64,000 nt of DNA from the human T2T-CHM13v2.0 reference genome, Homo sapiens: assembly GCF_009914755.1 (NCBI RefSeq), contig NC_060927.1; one strand, written 5' to 3'. Numbering within the stretch: the stretch's first letter is position 1; each line of letters opens with the position of its first letter. A program made the translations under genes and the position numbers. Below the pieces are notes generated by a model. The model did no database searches, was not told the DNA's origin, and was given only the letters and a program-made list of their open reading frames with translations. Below are positions 47,868 to 61,090 of the stretch, in pieces.

Positions 47868-48534
47868 AAAATTACCTCCTTAATTAGTTATCACCCCCAC
47901 ACCTTGTCCTTTCCTCCCAAAAGAAGGCACAGAAAAAATGACAGGAGCAAAGTGTATAAATAACATTATTATTATTTTTTAACCTACTACAACTTTCCAA
48001 AGCATTTCTACATATTATCTCATTTGATCCTCTCAATATTTAAGTATAGACATGGGAAAAAATACAGAGAAATTAAGTGCCTCAAGATCATAGGATATTA
48101 AACACAGAGAATACGGGGCAGAAAAAGAAGTCTACGACTTGAGATTGAACAGAATTCCGTGATTTCTTTTATGACTTCTGGGTTTTATGTTCTAGTTCCC
48201 AACTTTTCAGATTTTTAAATTTCCCATGTTTCCTAGCACTTTTTTTTTCTATGTTTTGTGTTTATCTTAGTACTTTTATAATTTCATTTTTTACATTTAA
48301 CCCACCAATCCATTCAGTACTTATTTAGATATGAGATACTGCTCCAACTTTAATGAATCCTATTTATTGAATAAGCCATGTCTTCCTTATATATATTTGA
48401 AATGTCACTTGTATCGTAAATTCCTTTTTACATTTGGGTCTCCTGCTACATTTGCTGTCCATTAATTAAACTTTCTGCTACACGTAACCACACTGTTATT
48501 TAGTGAAGTTTCACAAAATATATATTTGTTTGTT

Positions 48535-48812
48535 TGTTTTCTGAGACAGGGTCTTGCTCTGTCCTCCAGGCTAGAGTACAGTGGCGCCACTGTGACTCAC
48601 TGCAGCCTTGACCTCCCAGGCTCAAACAATCCTCCCACCTCAGCCTCCCAAATAACTGAGACTACAGATTTATGCTACATTGCCTGGCTCATTTTTAAAA
48701 TTTTTTGTAAAGACAGGGTCTCAGTATATTGTCCAGGCTGGTGTTGAACTTGGCCTCCTGCCACGGCCTCTCAAAGTGCTAGGATTACAGGCATGAACCA
48801 CCAGACCTGGCC
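48535..48812 (-). mobile_element. Alu (AluJ-like)
   Basis: Antisense dimer; TSD cacaaaatatat. Confidence 0.88.
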
Positions 48813-49157
48813 ACAAAATATATTTTAATAACTGTTAGGGCTAGTCCCAATTATTCTATTTCAGAATTTGCATGACTTTCCTGCTGAGTACAGCTTTAGC
48901 TGTATCCAGTGGAGTCTGTCATCATGTATGTTATTATCTTCCACAATTTCAGTTTTAAAAGAATTTTATTATTTCATATAATTCAAACAGAAAACAGCAA
49001 AAAAAGAAATATACAGCTATACGAATTATTATAAGGTGAAACCCTTAAGTCCACCACCCAGGTCAGAAGACAGAATCTTGCTAACTACCCCAGAACCTCT
49101 CCAACATGCCATATAAACCCCCTTCCCTCCCTTCTTAATAGTAGCCACTATTTGGGC

Positions 49158-49448
49158 TTTTTTTTGGAGACAGGATCTCATTTTGTTGCCCTGGCTGGAG
49201 TATAGTTGTGTGATCATAGCTCACTGCAGCCCTGGTCTCCTGGGCTCAAGTAATCCTCCTGCCTTAGCCTCCCGAGTAGCTGGGACCATAGGCACATGCC
49301 ACCATGCCTGGCTCATTTTTTTTTATTATTTTTTAAATAGAGACGAGGTCTCACTATGTTGTACAGGCTGGTCTTGAACTCCTGAGCTCAAGCAATCTTT
49401 TAGCCTCCCGAGTGCTGGGATTACAGGTGTGAGCCACTGTGCTTGGCC
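49158..49448 (-). mobile_element. Alu (AluJ-like)
   Basis: Antisense dimer. Confidence 0.88.
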
Positions 49449-50186
49449 TATTTGGATACTTATAGTAATCACTTCTTTACTTTTCTATAATCAAATAATG
49501 GCAACTTTAAAGACTACATTTAGGCTTTTGCTTTTTCAAGTCTTTTAGCTTATAGGTTCCTACCTTCTTTTCCATGCCCTTAATATATATTCATTGAAGA
49601 CACTGGATCATTTATGCCAGAGTTGTACTAAAGTCTGGGTCTTGCTGATTATATCACTGTAGTATAGTTTAACGTGTTATTCTGCTGTTTGCATTTCCTA
49701 TAAATTGGGAATTGGATCTAGAAGCATCATCAGATTGAGGTTTGATTATTTTGGCAAGACTACTTCAAAGTGGTGGTGTATTCTTTGTAAGAAGGCACAT
49801 CATGTCTTGTCCCTTTATTGTGTGATCGACTATTGATGTTCAATGCCTAGATTCTTTCATTCATTAGGGGTTACAATCTTATCATTCCTTATTTATTTAT
49901 TTGTTTGTTGAAACATCTTTATAAAGGGAAACTTTGTCGTATCCACTATCATGTTACCCTGATGCAAACTGCACAGGAAATGCAAGGTAATTCCTTGATC
50001 CTTTCCTTTTGTCAGCTTTCAAAGTAATGGACTGGTTCTCTAGCATCTTTCAAAGATGACCAATTACCTTACTTTATTTGGTGTCATTATGAAGTCACAA
50101 CTTAAACACTATTTCATGTGTTTGGACCCACTGCAGTTATTACCTCTAATGATACCTAAGTTTTCATCTTTGGACAACAGAGGCAC

Positions 50187-50236
50187 TTTTTTTTTTTAAG
50201 GCTAGTCAAGTGAAGCAGTGGGAGTGGAGAAGGAAC
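50187..50236 (-). pseudogene. Y3 RNA (RNY3) 3'-fragment retrocopy with poly(A)
   Basis: Minus strand reads GTTCCTTCTCCACTCCCACTGCTTCACTTGACTAGCCTT, the recalled 3' end of hY3, followed by A11. Confidence 0.88.
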
Positions 50237-50358
50237 CACATAACACTCATAAATATAATAAAGACACCCAACCAAATTCTAATTTGAATGCTCTCCAAGA
50301 AGTCAAAATAAATAAAAAGATACACCAATACAACAGGTGCATTAAAAATATTACATAC

Positions 50359-50531
50359 CTTGCTCCAAGGAGGTTTGCTAGGAATGTTAAAGACTCTTTT
50401 TCTGCTCCAGCACACTGGCTAAATGAAATAACACAATCCTCTAAAGGAGTCATTCCTGTCATTACTGGAACTGGTGTGAAGAGAGGATTCGACTTTGGAT
50501 CAAACAAAGTCTGATAGTCTATGCAAGTAAC
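50359..50531 (-). CDS. TOPBP1: TOPBP1 exon 12 (VTCIDYQTLFDPKS...LLGA)
   Basis: aaaag|GTT...AAG|gtatgt; 173 nt. Confidence 0.96.
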
Positions 50532-51178
50532 CTTTTAAAAACAAAAGAAATAGTAAAGCCAACCTGAAATAAGCAACCAGTGGTTAACACTGGTTCAGGT
50601 ACAGAAGCAATAATTTAGTTTTGATAAGAAGAAATTTTACTTTAATACAAACTTGTGTATGCTCATTCTCAATACATTTCATATCATAATGTTAGAGTAT
50701 ATATATACATACACACATATACATACATCGACTAATTACATTAGGCTATTAAAATCGGTAAGATCTATTATTAGAGTTACTGAATGTTGCTTTAAATTTC
50801 ATTCCTTCTAATGTATTAGTTTATACTATTTTTCTCATAATTCTTGGAATGTTAAAAAAAAAAAAATCAACAGTGAAATTACCAGTGATGCTTTGGTTAT
50901 GAGAAAACAAGACAAATAGTATGAGATGACCCTAGAGTGACCTCCTAAGAAGGAATGTTGCTGCTGTGGCCCTGGGAAACAGTAATCTCTACTGTATCGG
51001 GATTAGGCCAAGAAGCTTGCACATTTAATTTTGAATTTCCCTTGCTAAAAGCAAAATCAAGAGTGTTCAAGTCCAAGCATTGATTTACTGTAACTGAACT
51101 GTCTAAGAAATAAACATTAACCTTCTTGGCATTCAGATATCCTTCGATACTTTATTTCAACCACTAGTGTTGTCTTAC

Positions 51179-51522
51179 CAGCCATGTATTTGTAACAACT
51201 TCTCCCACAGTGGCTTCCACTTCACACCCCAGCAGAGGAACCACAGCATAATCCGCAACAGTTCTGCTCAGAAGGGACATGATTTTCCCAGCATTTTCTT
51301 TTATGATGTTTGCGATGTTAGATTCATTTTCATTACTAAAACCCAAAACAAGGAAACTCTTTTGGCTAAATAAGCCTTCTTCAGTAATTGTAGAAACATC
51401 AGGGACACAATGACTGACAGAAGACTGGTTTTCTTCTTGCAAAGAAATGTGAGTAGAATCATTCAAGGGCTCAGCATGAGTAGAATCATTAAAGGGCCTG
51501 GCTTCAGACGTCTTAGCCTCAA
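51179..51522 (-). CDS. TOPBP1: TOPBP1 exon 11 (BRCT4: EAKTSEARP...TNTWL)
   Basis: ttcag|TT...CTG|gtaaga; 344 nt. Confidence 0.96.
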
Positions 51523-52059
51523 CTGAAAGAGAAAAGTAAATGTTTTCTAACCAACAATTTACCTTATACAGTTTACTTCCTAGCAAGGATATTAACGTAA
51601 CATGGAATCTGATAATTTTGACCATACTTACAAAACTAAAGCTTACGTGTATAATAAAGGGATATGGATTCACCCCGTCTTCGGGGTTACCAAGAGTCCT
51701 TATCAGTATTACCATCATCCATTGGGAAGGACAAGAGCAATCATGTTAGTTCTAGGTATTCCTAGTATAATGGAAACTTGAATTAGTTTAAAATTATATA
51801 GCTCCAACAGGACTTAGTTCCAAAACTGGTTTAGATGATTCACCATAAAATTAAGAAACTATCATTAAGAAAAAAATTAACAAGTCTAAATGGTATAACT
51901 GTCAAGTCCTTAACATGGAACATGTTAACATGGAAATAACTATAAGGAAGTGGCTGGCAAATCCTAAAATATTTATTGTCTACTCCTTTAGAGAAAAAGT
52001 TTGCCCTGCTATGTGATTCCAACAAGGCTGGAAGCTATCCAAGAATCACTCTTTCATTT

Positions 52060-52270
52060 ATATAAGCACTGTGACTAAGTGCTTTACAAATGCATGTAAT
52101 GCTCACATAATGCTAACTGTGAGGCTGATACTATCAGTACATCCCTTTTGTACAAAAGGAGTCTCAGGCTTGAAGAGGTTATGTAACTTGCCTAAGGTCA
52201 CACAGTTAAGTGGCAGAAATGAGATACAAACCAAAGTCTGTCTAACTCCAGAGTTCACACCACCATGTTA
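52060..52270. mobile_element. MIR fragment
   Basis: gaagaggttatgtaacttgcctaaggtcacacagttaag core. Confidence 0.7.
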
Positions 52271-53025
52271 TAGTGCCATCTTCGTACTTCTATCCTCATC
52301 TCCAACAGACACTAGCATTTTCATTTTTAAGTAAATTGTAATATACATTAGGAACTTGTAAATTAAGTACACTGCAATATATATTAGGAACTTATGACTC
52401 CTACTAAACATAAGTATTAAAATTGTACTTATTCGCACTAAGGAAGCATAGTTTTGTCTAGGGAGTTTACTGGTCAGTAAGTCAGGAGAGCTGGGTTCTA
52501 GTTTTATAGTCTCTTTGACCCTTGGTTTCATAATATAAGGAATAAAGGGTAATAGTATACTTATAATTTACAGATATACTCATGGGAATGAATATGCTTA
52601 GATGGAATTAAAGGTGAGGCAATACTATAAAACATTCCGGAAAGTTTTTTAAACAGTTTTGTTAAAATGTAAAGTTTGTTTTATAAGTAAAAACCTTCTT
52701 ATTTTTTGCAAGTACAATTATTTTGCAGTCACATCTAGGAGAAAAAAATAACTTTTTTTGACGTCTATATGTTGTTGGTAAGATGGGAAGGAGGAAGAAA
52801 TCCAGTAGAATTTTAGACTACTACTATAAAAACAAAGTAGAAATACTAAGTTCTTATAAACCATCAGTAAAACTCTGAAGTTATTAAGAGACTCATAATA
52901 AACTAACATGTTCTACAGCAGTTCTTTCCGTTTATTTTAGCAGTAGGATCTCTTTTCAAACAGACCGCACCCAAAAGCCTAAGAGATACTACATAATAAA
53001 CCTATCATTCAAAAAGCTCCCCTAG

Positions 53026-53331
<306 letters not shown>

Positions 53332-53527
53332 TCAAAAGCCATTTTAAGAATTAATTATAAAATACTTTATTATAGACTTTCTAAGATGCTTGGTGATCCA
53401 CTAAGATTTACCATCACTTAATCCTTATAAAGTCAGTAAACCACTAGCTGTCTTAGGAAGGTTTAAGAAACTAATCACCTGCCCTACACCAAGTACCCTT
53501 GGCTGAAGGATAGTATGTAAAATTGCT

Positions 53528-53827
53528 GGCTGGGTGCAGTGGCTCAAGCCTGTAATCCCAACATTCTGGGAGGCTAAGACAGGAGGATCACATGAGGCCA
53601 GGAGTTTGAGACCAACCTGGCCAACATGGTGAAACCCCATCTCTACTAAAAATACAAAAATTAGCTGGGCGTGGTGGTGCACACCTGTACTCCCAACTAC
53701 TAAGGAGGCTGAGGGAAGAGAATTGCGTGAACTCGGGAGGAGGAGGTTGCAGTGATCCAAGCTTGTGACACTACACTCCATCCTCAGTGATGGAGTGAGA
53801 CCCTGTCTCCAAAAAAAAAAAAAAAAA
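53528..53827 (+). mobile_element. Alu
   Basis: Sense dimer. Confidence 0.9.
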
Positions 53828-53959
53828 TCACTTTCAGTTATACCACAGCATCCTGGAAAATCAAGATGATTTCCTGATGTGATACAATACTAAAGCATAA
53901 GTAAATGGTTTGAGAAAAGTCAATTTTGTAGTACGGAAATAGTGTAAATAAAAAAGGAA

Positions 53960-55670
53960 TGCTAGGAATTCCCTCTCTAGAAATATGGTGGGCTAGGATC
54001 TTTGAAACACTCTCACTAAAAACACTTCAAAATACAGGATAAAATATTAAAATCCAGACCACTAAAGTGGTTACTAAATCCAGAACATTAAGTAGTTACT
54101 AAAGCTAATGGTTAGTCAAAATCTATTAAATATCTGTGCAGTAACCCAGACCCTTGGAATGTAAAGGTATCACACAAGAGATAGGAGCCAATCCTTTGGT
54201 TTCATAAAACTTAGAGGTGAAGGAGAGTATACCCTGAGAGAACAAGCCCAGAACCCATGAAGAGACATATCTTTAGTAAATAGACCAAAACTAACCAACC
54301 AACCAACAACAAATCTGCCCTGTAAAGGAAGAGGTCAAGAACACTGGCTTTGTGTCAAGGGGAAACAACATCTCTCCTAAGAATCTGTTCATCAGAGGCT
54401 GGTCCTCAAAGTAGGTTTGGGTATAAATTCATATAGCTGGAGGTCTAAGAAACCTCCAGCCAATACACCAACTTAAAGGCATATTGAGTTTGTAAACTCC
54501 TAGGCACCTAGCAGACCCAAACATGAACCTTTTCTGGGGTAACAAACCCCTACCCCAAGTTTCTTAGAATTCCTAGAGTCCTAGTAAGTACAAGTTCACA
54601 ATAAAAATCACAAAACACAAGAAAACCAGGCACCATAAACAACAGCCAACAGAACAATTCACAGATGTTTTGATAGGTTTAATGTGTTTTAAGAAATAAA
54701 GAACAAAAAATACAAATACAAAATGACAGACTTGGCTGGGTGTGGTGGCTCACACCTGCAATCCCAGCACTTTGGGAGGCTGAGGTGCTTCAAGACCAGC
54801 CTGGGTAACATAGTAGCACCCCATCTCTATTTTTAAAAGTAAAAAAATAAATGACAGACTATTTAAAAAGCTAAAACTTCTAGGAATTGAAAAATTAATT
54901 ATTAAAACAGAAAATTTAATGGATGGGTAAAACAGATTAGGCAATAGCGGAAGAGATGATTCGTGATCTGGAAAAAAATCTGAAGGAATTACACATAATA
55001 AATCACAGAAAGACAAAAAGATGGAAGATAAGGACAGGTTAAGTGACCTATATGCAAAGCAAATGGGAGTTAAGAGAATATAGAGAATGGGGGAGAGGCA
55101 ATATTCAAAGAGATAATAAACATTTCTTGACCTAACAAAAAGCAAAAAATCTACTAATTCTCAGATTCAGAAGGCACAGTGAATCTCAAGCAGGACAAAT
55201 AAATGGTAAAGCTCTAGGACACAAAAACCAAAAGGAAGACTATCTTAAAAACAGCCAGAGGATAAAGACAGATTATCTGTAAAGGAATGACAGACTGATA
55301 TCTGACCTCCTATCCAGCAGTCAGGGAAATAGATGACAATGAAACAATATCTCTGTGCTTAAAGAAACTGTCTAGAACTGTATACCCAGCCGAAGAGTCT
55401 TAGAGAAACTAAAGGAGTTTCTAAAGGATATTGTTTTAGGAAGAAAGAAAATGATTCCAAAAGAGAGGTCTCAGATGTAAAAAGAACTGGGGAGAGCAAA
55501 GAAACAGTTAAACGTGTTAGTAAATGAAACAAATACTGACCATATAAAAGCATAATAACGCCTAATTGTAAGATGTTAAAAGATAATGAAAATACTAGAC
55601 AAAATCACATAAGCTGAGTATGTTGATGAGTGGAGAGAGGGAGCAGGGCTAGTTGTGATCATTAAAGTAT
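53960..55670 (+). mobile_element. old L1 5'/ORF1 remnant (with FLAM at ~54734-54850)
   Basis: gaggcaatattcaaagagataat; tcttaaaaacagccagag; ctagaactgtatacccagc. Confidence 0.6.
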
Positions 55671-55674
55671 TTTA

Positions 55675-55970
<296 letters not shown>

Positions 55971-56541
55971 GTTTTCTAAGGTTCTTGTTTTATTCGAGGT
56001 AGATTAAAATTCTGATTAACTTCAGATTTTAAGTTATGATACACATTAAATTTACTTAAATGTATATATTTTTGGCTATATTAGGTATTTTATAAAGGCT
56101 TTTTTTTAATAAAAAAGAAGTAATGATGTTTATAATGCTTCACTGGCAATTTACCTTACTACATGATAAGAGTACATACTGAGGTGGTAGTCCACAGTAC
56201 AGTTTCATGCATTAAAGACCACAATAATCCAGTAAGAGGTATTTGTTACAAGGTTTTAATAAAAGGCTCATGATATTACAAACTCACACACAAACCAAGC
56301 AATGCCTGTATATATAACAAATCAAAATAGAGCTAGTTAGCTGGAGACAGGAGAGAGGGTTAAAGGGTTCAGGACCCTCTTGTCTTGCCTGCTCAGAAAA
56401 AAAGTTATGAGGAAAATTTTAAGGAAAGAAAAAGGTTAATTTAACTTAAAATCTAGAAAACTTGGCAGAAATCACATATGTACGTATTAGGCTACTAAAA
56501 TATTTCTTACTAACTACAAATACTAATCAAGCATTTCTTAC

Positions 56542-56792
56542 CTACTGTGGAGCTACCATTTTCATATTGAGAGAGCAGATCTTCATCAGCTTGCTCATGC
56601 TTTTCACTAGGAGCAAAGTCTTTCTTAGAGAAGCTGCTGTTCTTCTTTTTTAAAAGAGCTGCTTTACTTTCAGGCTGATGTGAAACTGGAATTTCCACTG
56701 GCTGGTAATTAGCATGGATATATGGTTCTTCAGAAAGCATATAACCTTTACTGAAACACTCTAGCAACCACTTTGCTCCCACTACATGAGGC
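56542..56792 (-). CDS. TOPBP1: TOPBP1 exon 10 (PHVVGAKWLLECF...GSSTV)
   Basis: tgtag|G CCT...TAG|gtaaga; 251 nt. Confidence 0.96.
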
Positions 56793-56938
56793 CTACAAAA
56801 ATAGCACATAGTTATGTATTAGTGCAAGCTATAAAGACCATCATCCCACTTGTCATGCAGTTTCCAGAACTGCGTGGATATGCAATTTTAAGAAAAATTA
56901 TGTAGTAGAAATTGCTTTGAATTAAAAACGAAAAAAAC

Positions 56939-57102
56939 CTGTGGGCTGATTTATTCCAAAACTGCTTCAATTCATCATCATAATCTCCCACAATAACATG
57001 AGTTACATCTTCATTTAGCTGGTTAAAACGAACTCCACCTCCACTGTTAATAAGTCTTCTCAGTTTATCTAGCTTTCTGCCACTAAAACCGCAAAGATAT
57101 AT
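56939..57102 (-). CDS. TOPBP1: TOPBP1 exon 9 (BRCT3: [12 protein letters not shown]...SAH)
   Basis: tgcag|ATA...CAG|gttttt; 164 nt. Confidence 0.95.
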
Positions 57103-57957
57103 CTGCAAGAAAGAAAATATTTAATATACATAACATGCTTTCTCTCAATAGAAAAAAACTAAAAATATATATCTAAATCCACTGTGTATAAATAAGACAA
57201 CTTGTGTACATTTAAGATATATGAATAAATACATTCTGAAACTTTTGATTTTTTAACAGTTCTGCAACTTTGAGTTTTTAATCACTCTTTACAATCTCAT
57301 ACAGCATTATCTTTCACAGTAGATACTTGATAAGTATTTTGTGGCTATAAAGAAAATAGAAGCCAGAGTCCAACATCTTCTAAATATTAGTGCATACCAA
57401 TTCCTAAAATGCAGGTAACTTCTTTAACTGTGAAGCTTACTTGTAAATTTTAAAGTAATTATAAAAGTAAACTGTAGTTAACTGTCTGAATTCTGAACAC
57501 CTGGGCTTAAATTGTGTGTGTGTGGGGGGCGGGGGGAGGGGTTGTTTTTTCCAGCTGCCTATGATTAACGACAATAGGCAAGTTGCTTACGCTCTTTAAA
57601 TCAATTTTCTTACCTATAAATTGATGTTACCTTACTCACAGAGTTGACTGAACAAAAAATATATATAAGTCAAAGAACTGAACACAATGCTTTGAGGATA
57701 ACATGTATGCAGTAATTTATTTTTAGCTATCAGTATATATATATTTAAACCAATTTAATCAATATAAAATCATTTTACCTCTATTTTACATAAGGTGCCC
57801 TTAAAAAAATTTAAGTATGACAAATCTACTCCAAACTGCATTTATACCCCAAATTAAATCACCCCCATTACTAGAATATATTTTAACAAATATTTGGAAT
57901 CATATACTTTCTATATGTAAGAAATAATTAAAAGCTATATCTAGAATTAGTAGTCTA

Positions 57958-58296
<339 letters not shown>

Positions 58297-58331
58297 TTAA
58301 AAAAAAAAAAAGGTAATTTGCCGAATTTCCC

Positions 58332-58674
<343 letters not shown>

Positions 58675-59097
58675 TAGGGTTAAATTTTTGCTACTCTGTG
58701 AAAATTAGTGCACAGCCAAGTCATTCTACAAATAGGAATACATTAAGTATTCCAATCTAAGACAGCGGAAAAAGTATAGCATATGCTGTTTCCATCAACA
58801 AACTTATAAGACAGTTATTCATATACTAAAAAACTAAATAACCCAAGAAATACCAAACAAAGCAGTGGCTCTAATGGTGAGGAATACAGACTTTGGAGTA
58901 GATAACTGGCCACTTAATGTCTCTCTGTGTGACTCTGAACAAGAATTTTAATTCTCTAAGTCTTACCCTCAAGATAATATCCATTTTAGAGTTATTTGTG
59001 GGACTTAAATGCGATTTTATATATATATTAACACACATAAAATGATTAGCACAGTGTCTAATACACTGTAAACACTTGGATGATAGTTTAAAGTCCA

Positions 59098-59310
59098 AAC
59101 CTGGGCAACATAGTGAGACCTTGTCTCTACAAAAAAATTTTAAAAATTAGCCAGGTGTAGTGGCACATGCCTGTAGTTCTAACTGCTCGGGAGACTGAGG
59201 GGTGGCTGATGCCCAGGAGTTCAAGGTTACAGGAAGTTATGATTGTGCCACTGCATCCCAGCCTGGGCAACAGAGTGAGACCCTAACTCAAAAAAATTAA
59301 AAAAAAAAAA
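59098..59310 (+). mobile_element. 5'-truncated Alu (AluJ-like)
   Basis: cctgggcaacatagtgagacc...A tail. Confidence 0.8.
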
Positions 59311-59622
59311 TCCAATAAGTTGTTCAGAAACTAAGTGCTCTCGAAATATAGCAGATGAAAAGATTAATGTAGTTAGGAGGGTTCAGAGAAGAGTTAAAAC
59401 CTGAAATGAACTTTTAAAAGATAACAGAGGAAGATACCTTGCAGGCAGAGGGACTCTCGCAGCCAAAGGATGGACATGGTCTAGTAAGTGCATCTACTTA
59501 GCTAGAGTGGAGGGTTTACATAGATAGTAAGGAGCAAGCCCAACTCTGAAGGGTCTTCAAAGTCAGGCTAGGAAATGCTAATGTATATCATCTACTGCAT
59601 GTATTATATAATAAAGACGTAC

Positions 59623-59789
59623 CCGACAACCATCTAATAAATCTTCAGGTGCTTGAAATGCACTGACATCCAGATTTTCTAGATTTTCAAGTGTAGGCTC
59701 CAGTTTGCTGTTAAGTGAATTACATATTGATTCACTTACGCAACTTGCATTTATGTTGGAAATATTGCTGACATCTGAAAGAGTACAAC
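59623..59789 (-). CDS. TOPBP1: TOPBP1 exon 8 ([10 protein letters not shown]...LDGCR)
   Basis: tgtag|GT TGT...CGG|gtacgt; 167 nt; absent from the ORF track but in frame with both neighbours. Confidence 0.95.
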
Positions 59790-60504
59790 CTACATATTTT
59801 GAAAACGTATAAATTTATGGGAGATAAAATAATCATGATTACATATTGTCTATGGATTAACTTTTCTTACAAATATAGGGCAATAAACAACTTCCAAAGT
59901 AAGATTCAGGGGTGTTTACTGAAATCTTAGTGGCAAAGTATAAAAAGGGAAAATGAAATTAATTAAGCCTCCTATCTTATTTAAATGAAAATAGATTTAA
60001 CACATTTTCTTAATAGTGTCTTGTTTCCCATAAAAATCTGAAGTTGCTGACTTTAAGGTCCAAGAAGCTTACATTTGAAAAAATATTTTAAACATTTTGC
60101 CAACACGACACCTACAAAATAGAAATGGTTTTAATTTTTATACAAATACAGATGATCTATAACTGCAGCAAAACTGTAAATTAAGGAAAGATTAATATAT
60201 GCATGTAATGTTTAAAAGATTAATACTTTTATCTTAAGCCCCCAGCTACCATTGTTCTTAATTTCTTTGATCATCTTTTGCATTACAACAGAGTATAAAA
60301 GACAGCATTCATTCATTCTAAAAGAAAATTACGAACAGTTCAGTGCTAACTTTTTATACAATTTGACTATTATACAATTATGCCTAGAAGCACAGCAAAC
60401 AAGAAAAAGAAATTCCCTATCTCAGTGATCCTATTAACATACTGATTATTACATAGAAATATGACTGTCTTCAGAATAATTATTTTAATCTCAATGAGAC
60501 TCAC

Positions 60505-60684
60505 TATCAATTGTGTTGATCTGGCTGGTAGGAGTTGAAGAATTGGGCATAGTCTTTGCTTCTGGTCTAGGTTCTGTCTTGTATATGGATTCATCCTGAC
60601 AAAAACCTTTCTCAATACTGTCAAAAAACCACTGTGTGGTCACACAGTGTACATTCCATCTCTTGGCACACTCATACTTCTGAC
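60505..60684 (-). CDS. TOPBP1: TOPBP1 exon 7 (BRCT2: [12 protein letters not shown]...NTID)
   Basis: cacag|GT...ATA|gtgagt; 180 nt. Confidence 0.96.
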
Positions 60685-60789
60685 CTGTGGCGTTCATTAA
60701 GAAAGAAATAGAGAAAATAGGAGAAACCAAGAAATGAAAACCATTACAATCTATCTTTGCAGAAATATTCAAATTATAACAGGTTAATA

Positions 60790-61090
60790 TTTTTTTTTTT
60801 TTTTTGAGATGGAGTCTCACTCTGTTGCCCAGGCTGGAGTACAGTGGTGAGATCTTGGCTCACTGCAACCTCCACCTCCCTCCTGATCAAGCGATTCTCC
60901 TGCCTCAGCCTCCTGAATAGCTAGGATTACAGACGTGTGCCACCATGTCTGGCTAATTTTTTTGTATTTTTAGTAGACACGGGGTTTCACCATGTTGGCT
61001 AGGCTGGTCTCAAACTCCTGACCTCAGGTGATTCGCCTGCCTTGGCCTCCCAAAATGCTGGGATTACAAGCGTGAGCAACCGCGCCCGGC
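60790..61090 (-). mobile_element. Alu
   Basis: Antisense dimer; TSD tataacaggtta. Confidence 0.92.

Noticed and set aside
57513-57545. (TG)n/G-run as a possible G-quadruplex
   Set aside because: Short low-complexity run within MIR-like sequence, with no supporting context.
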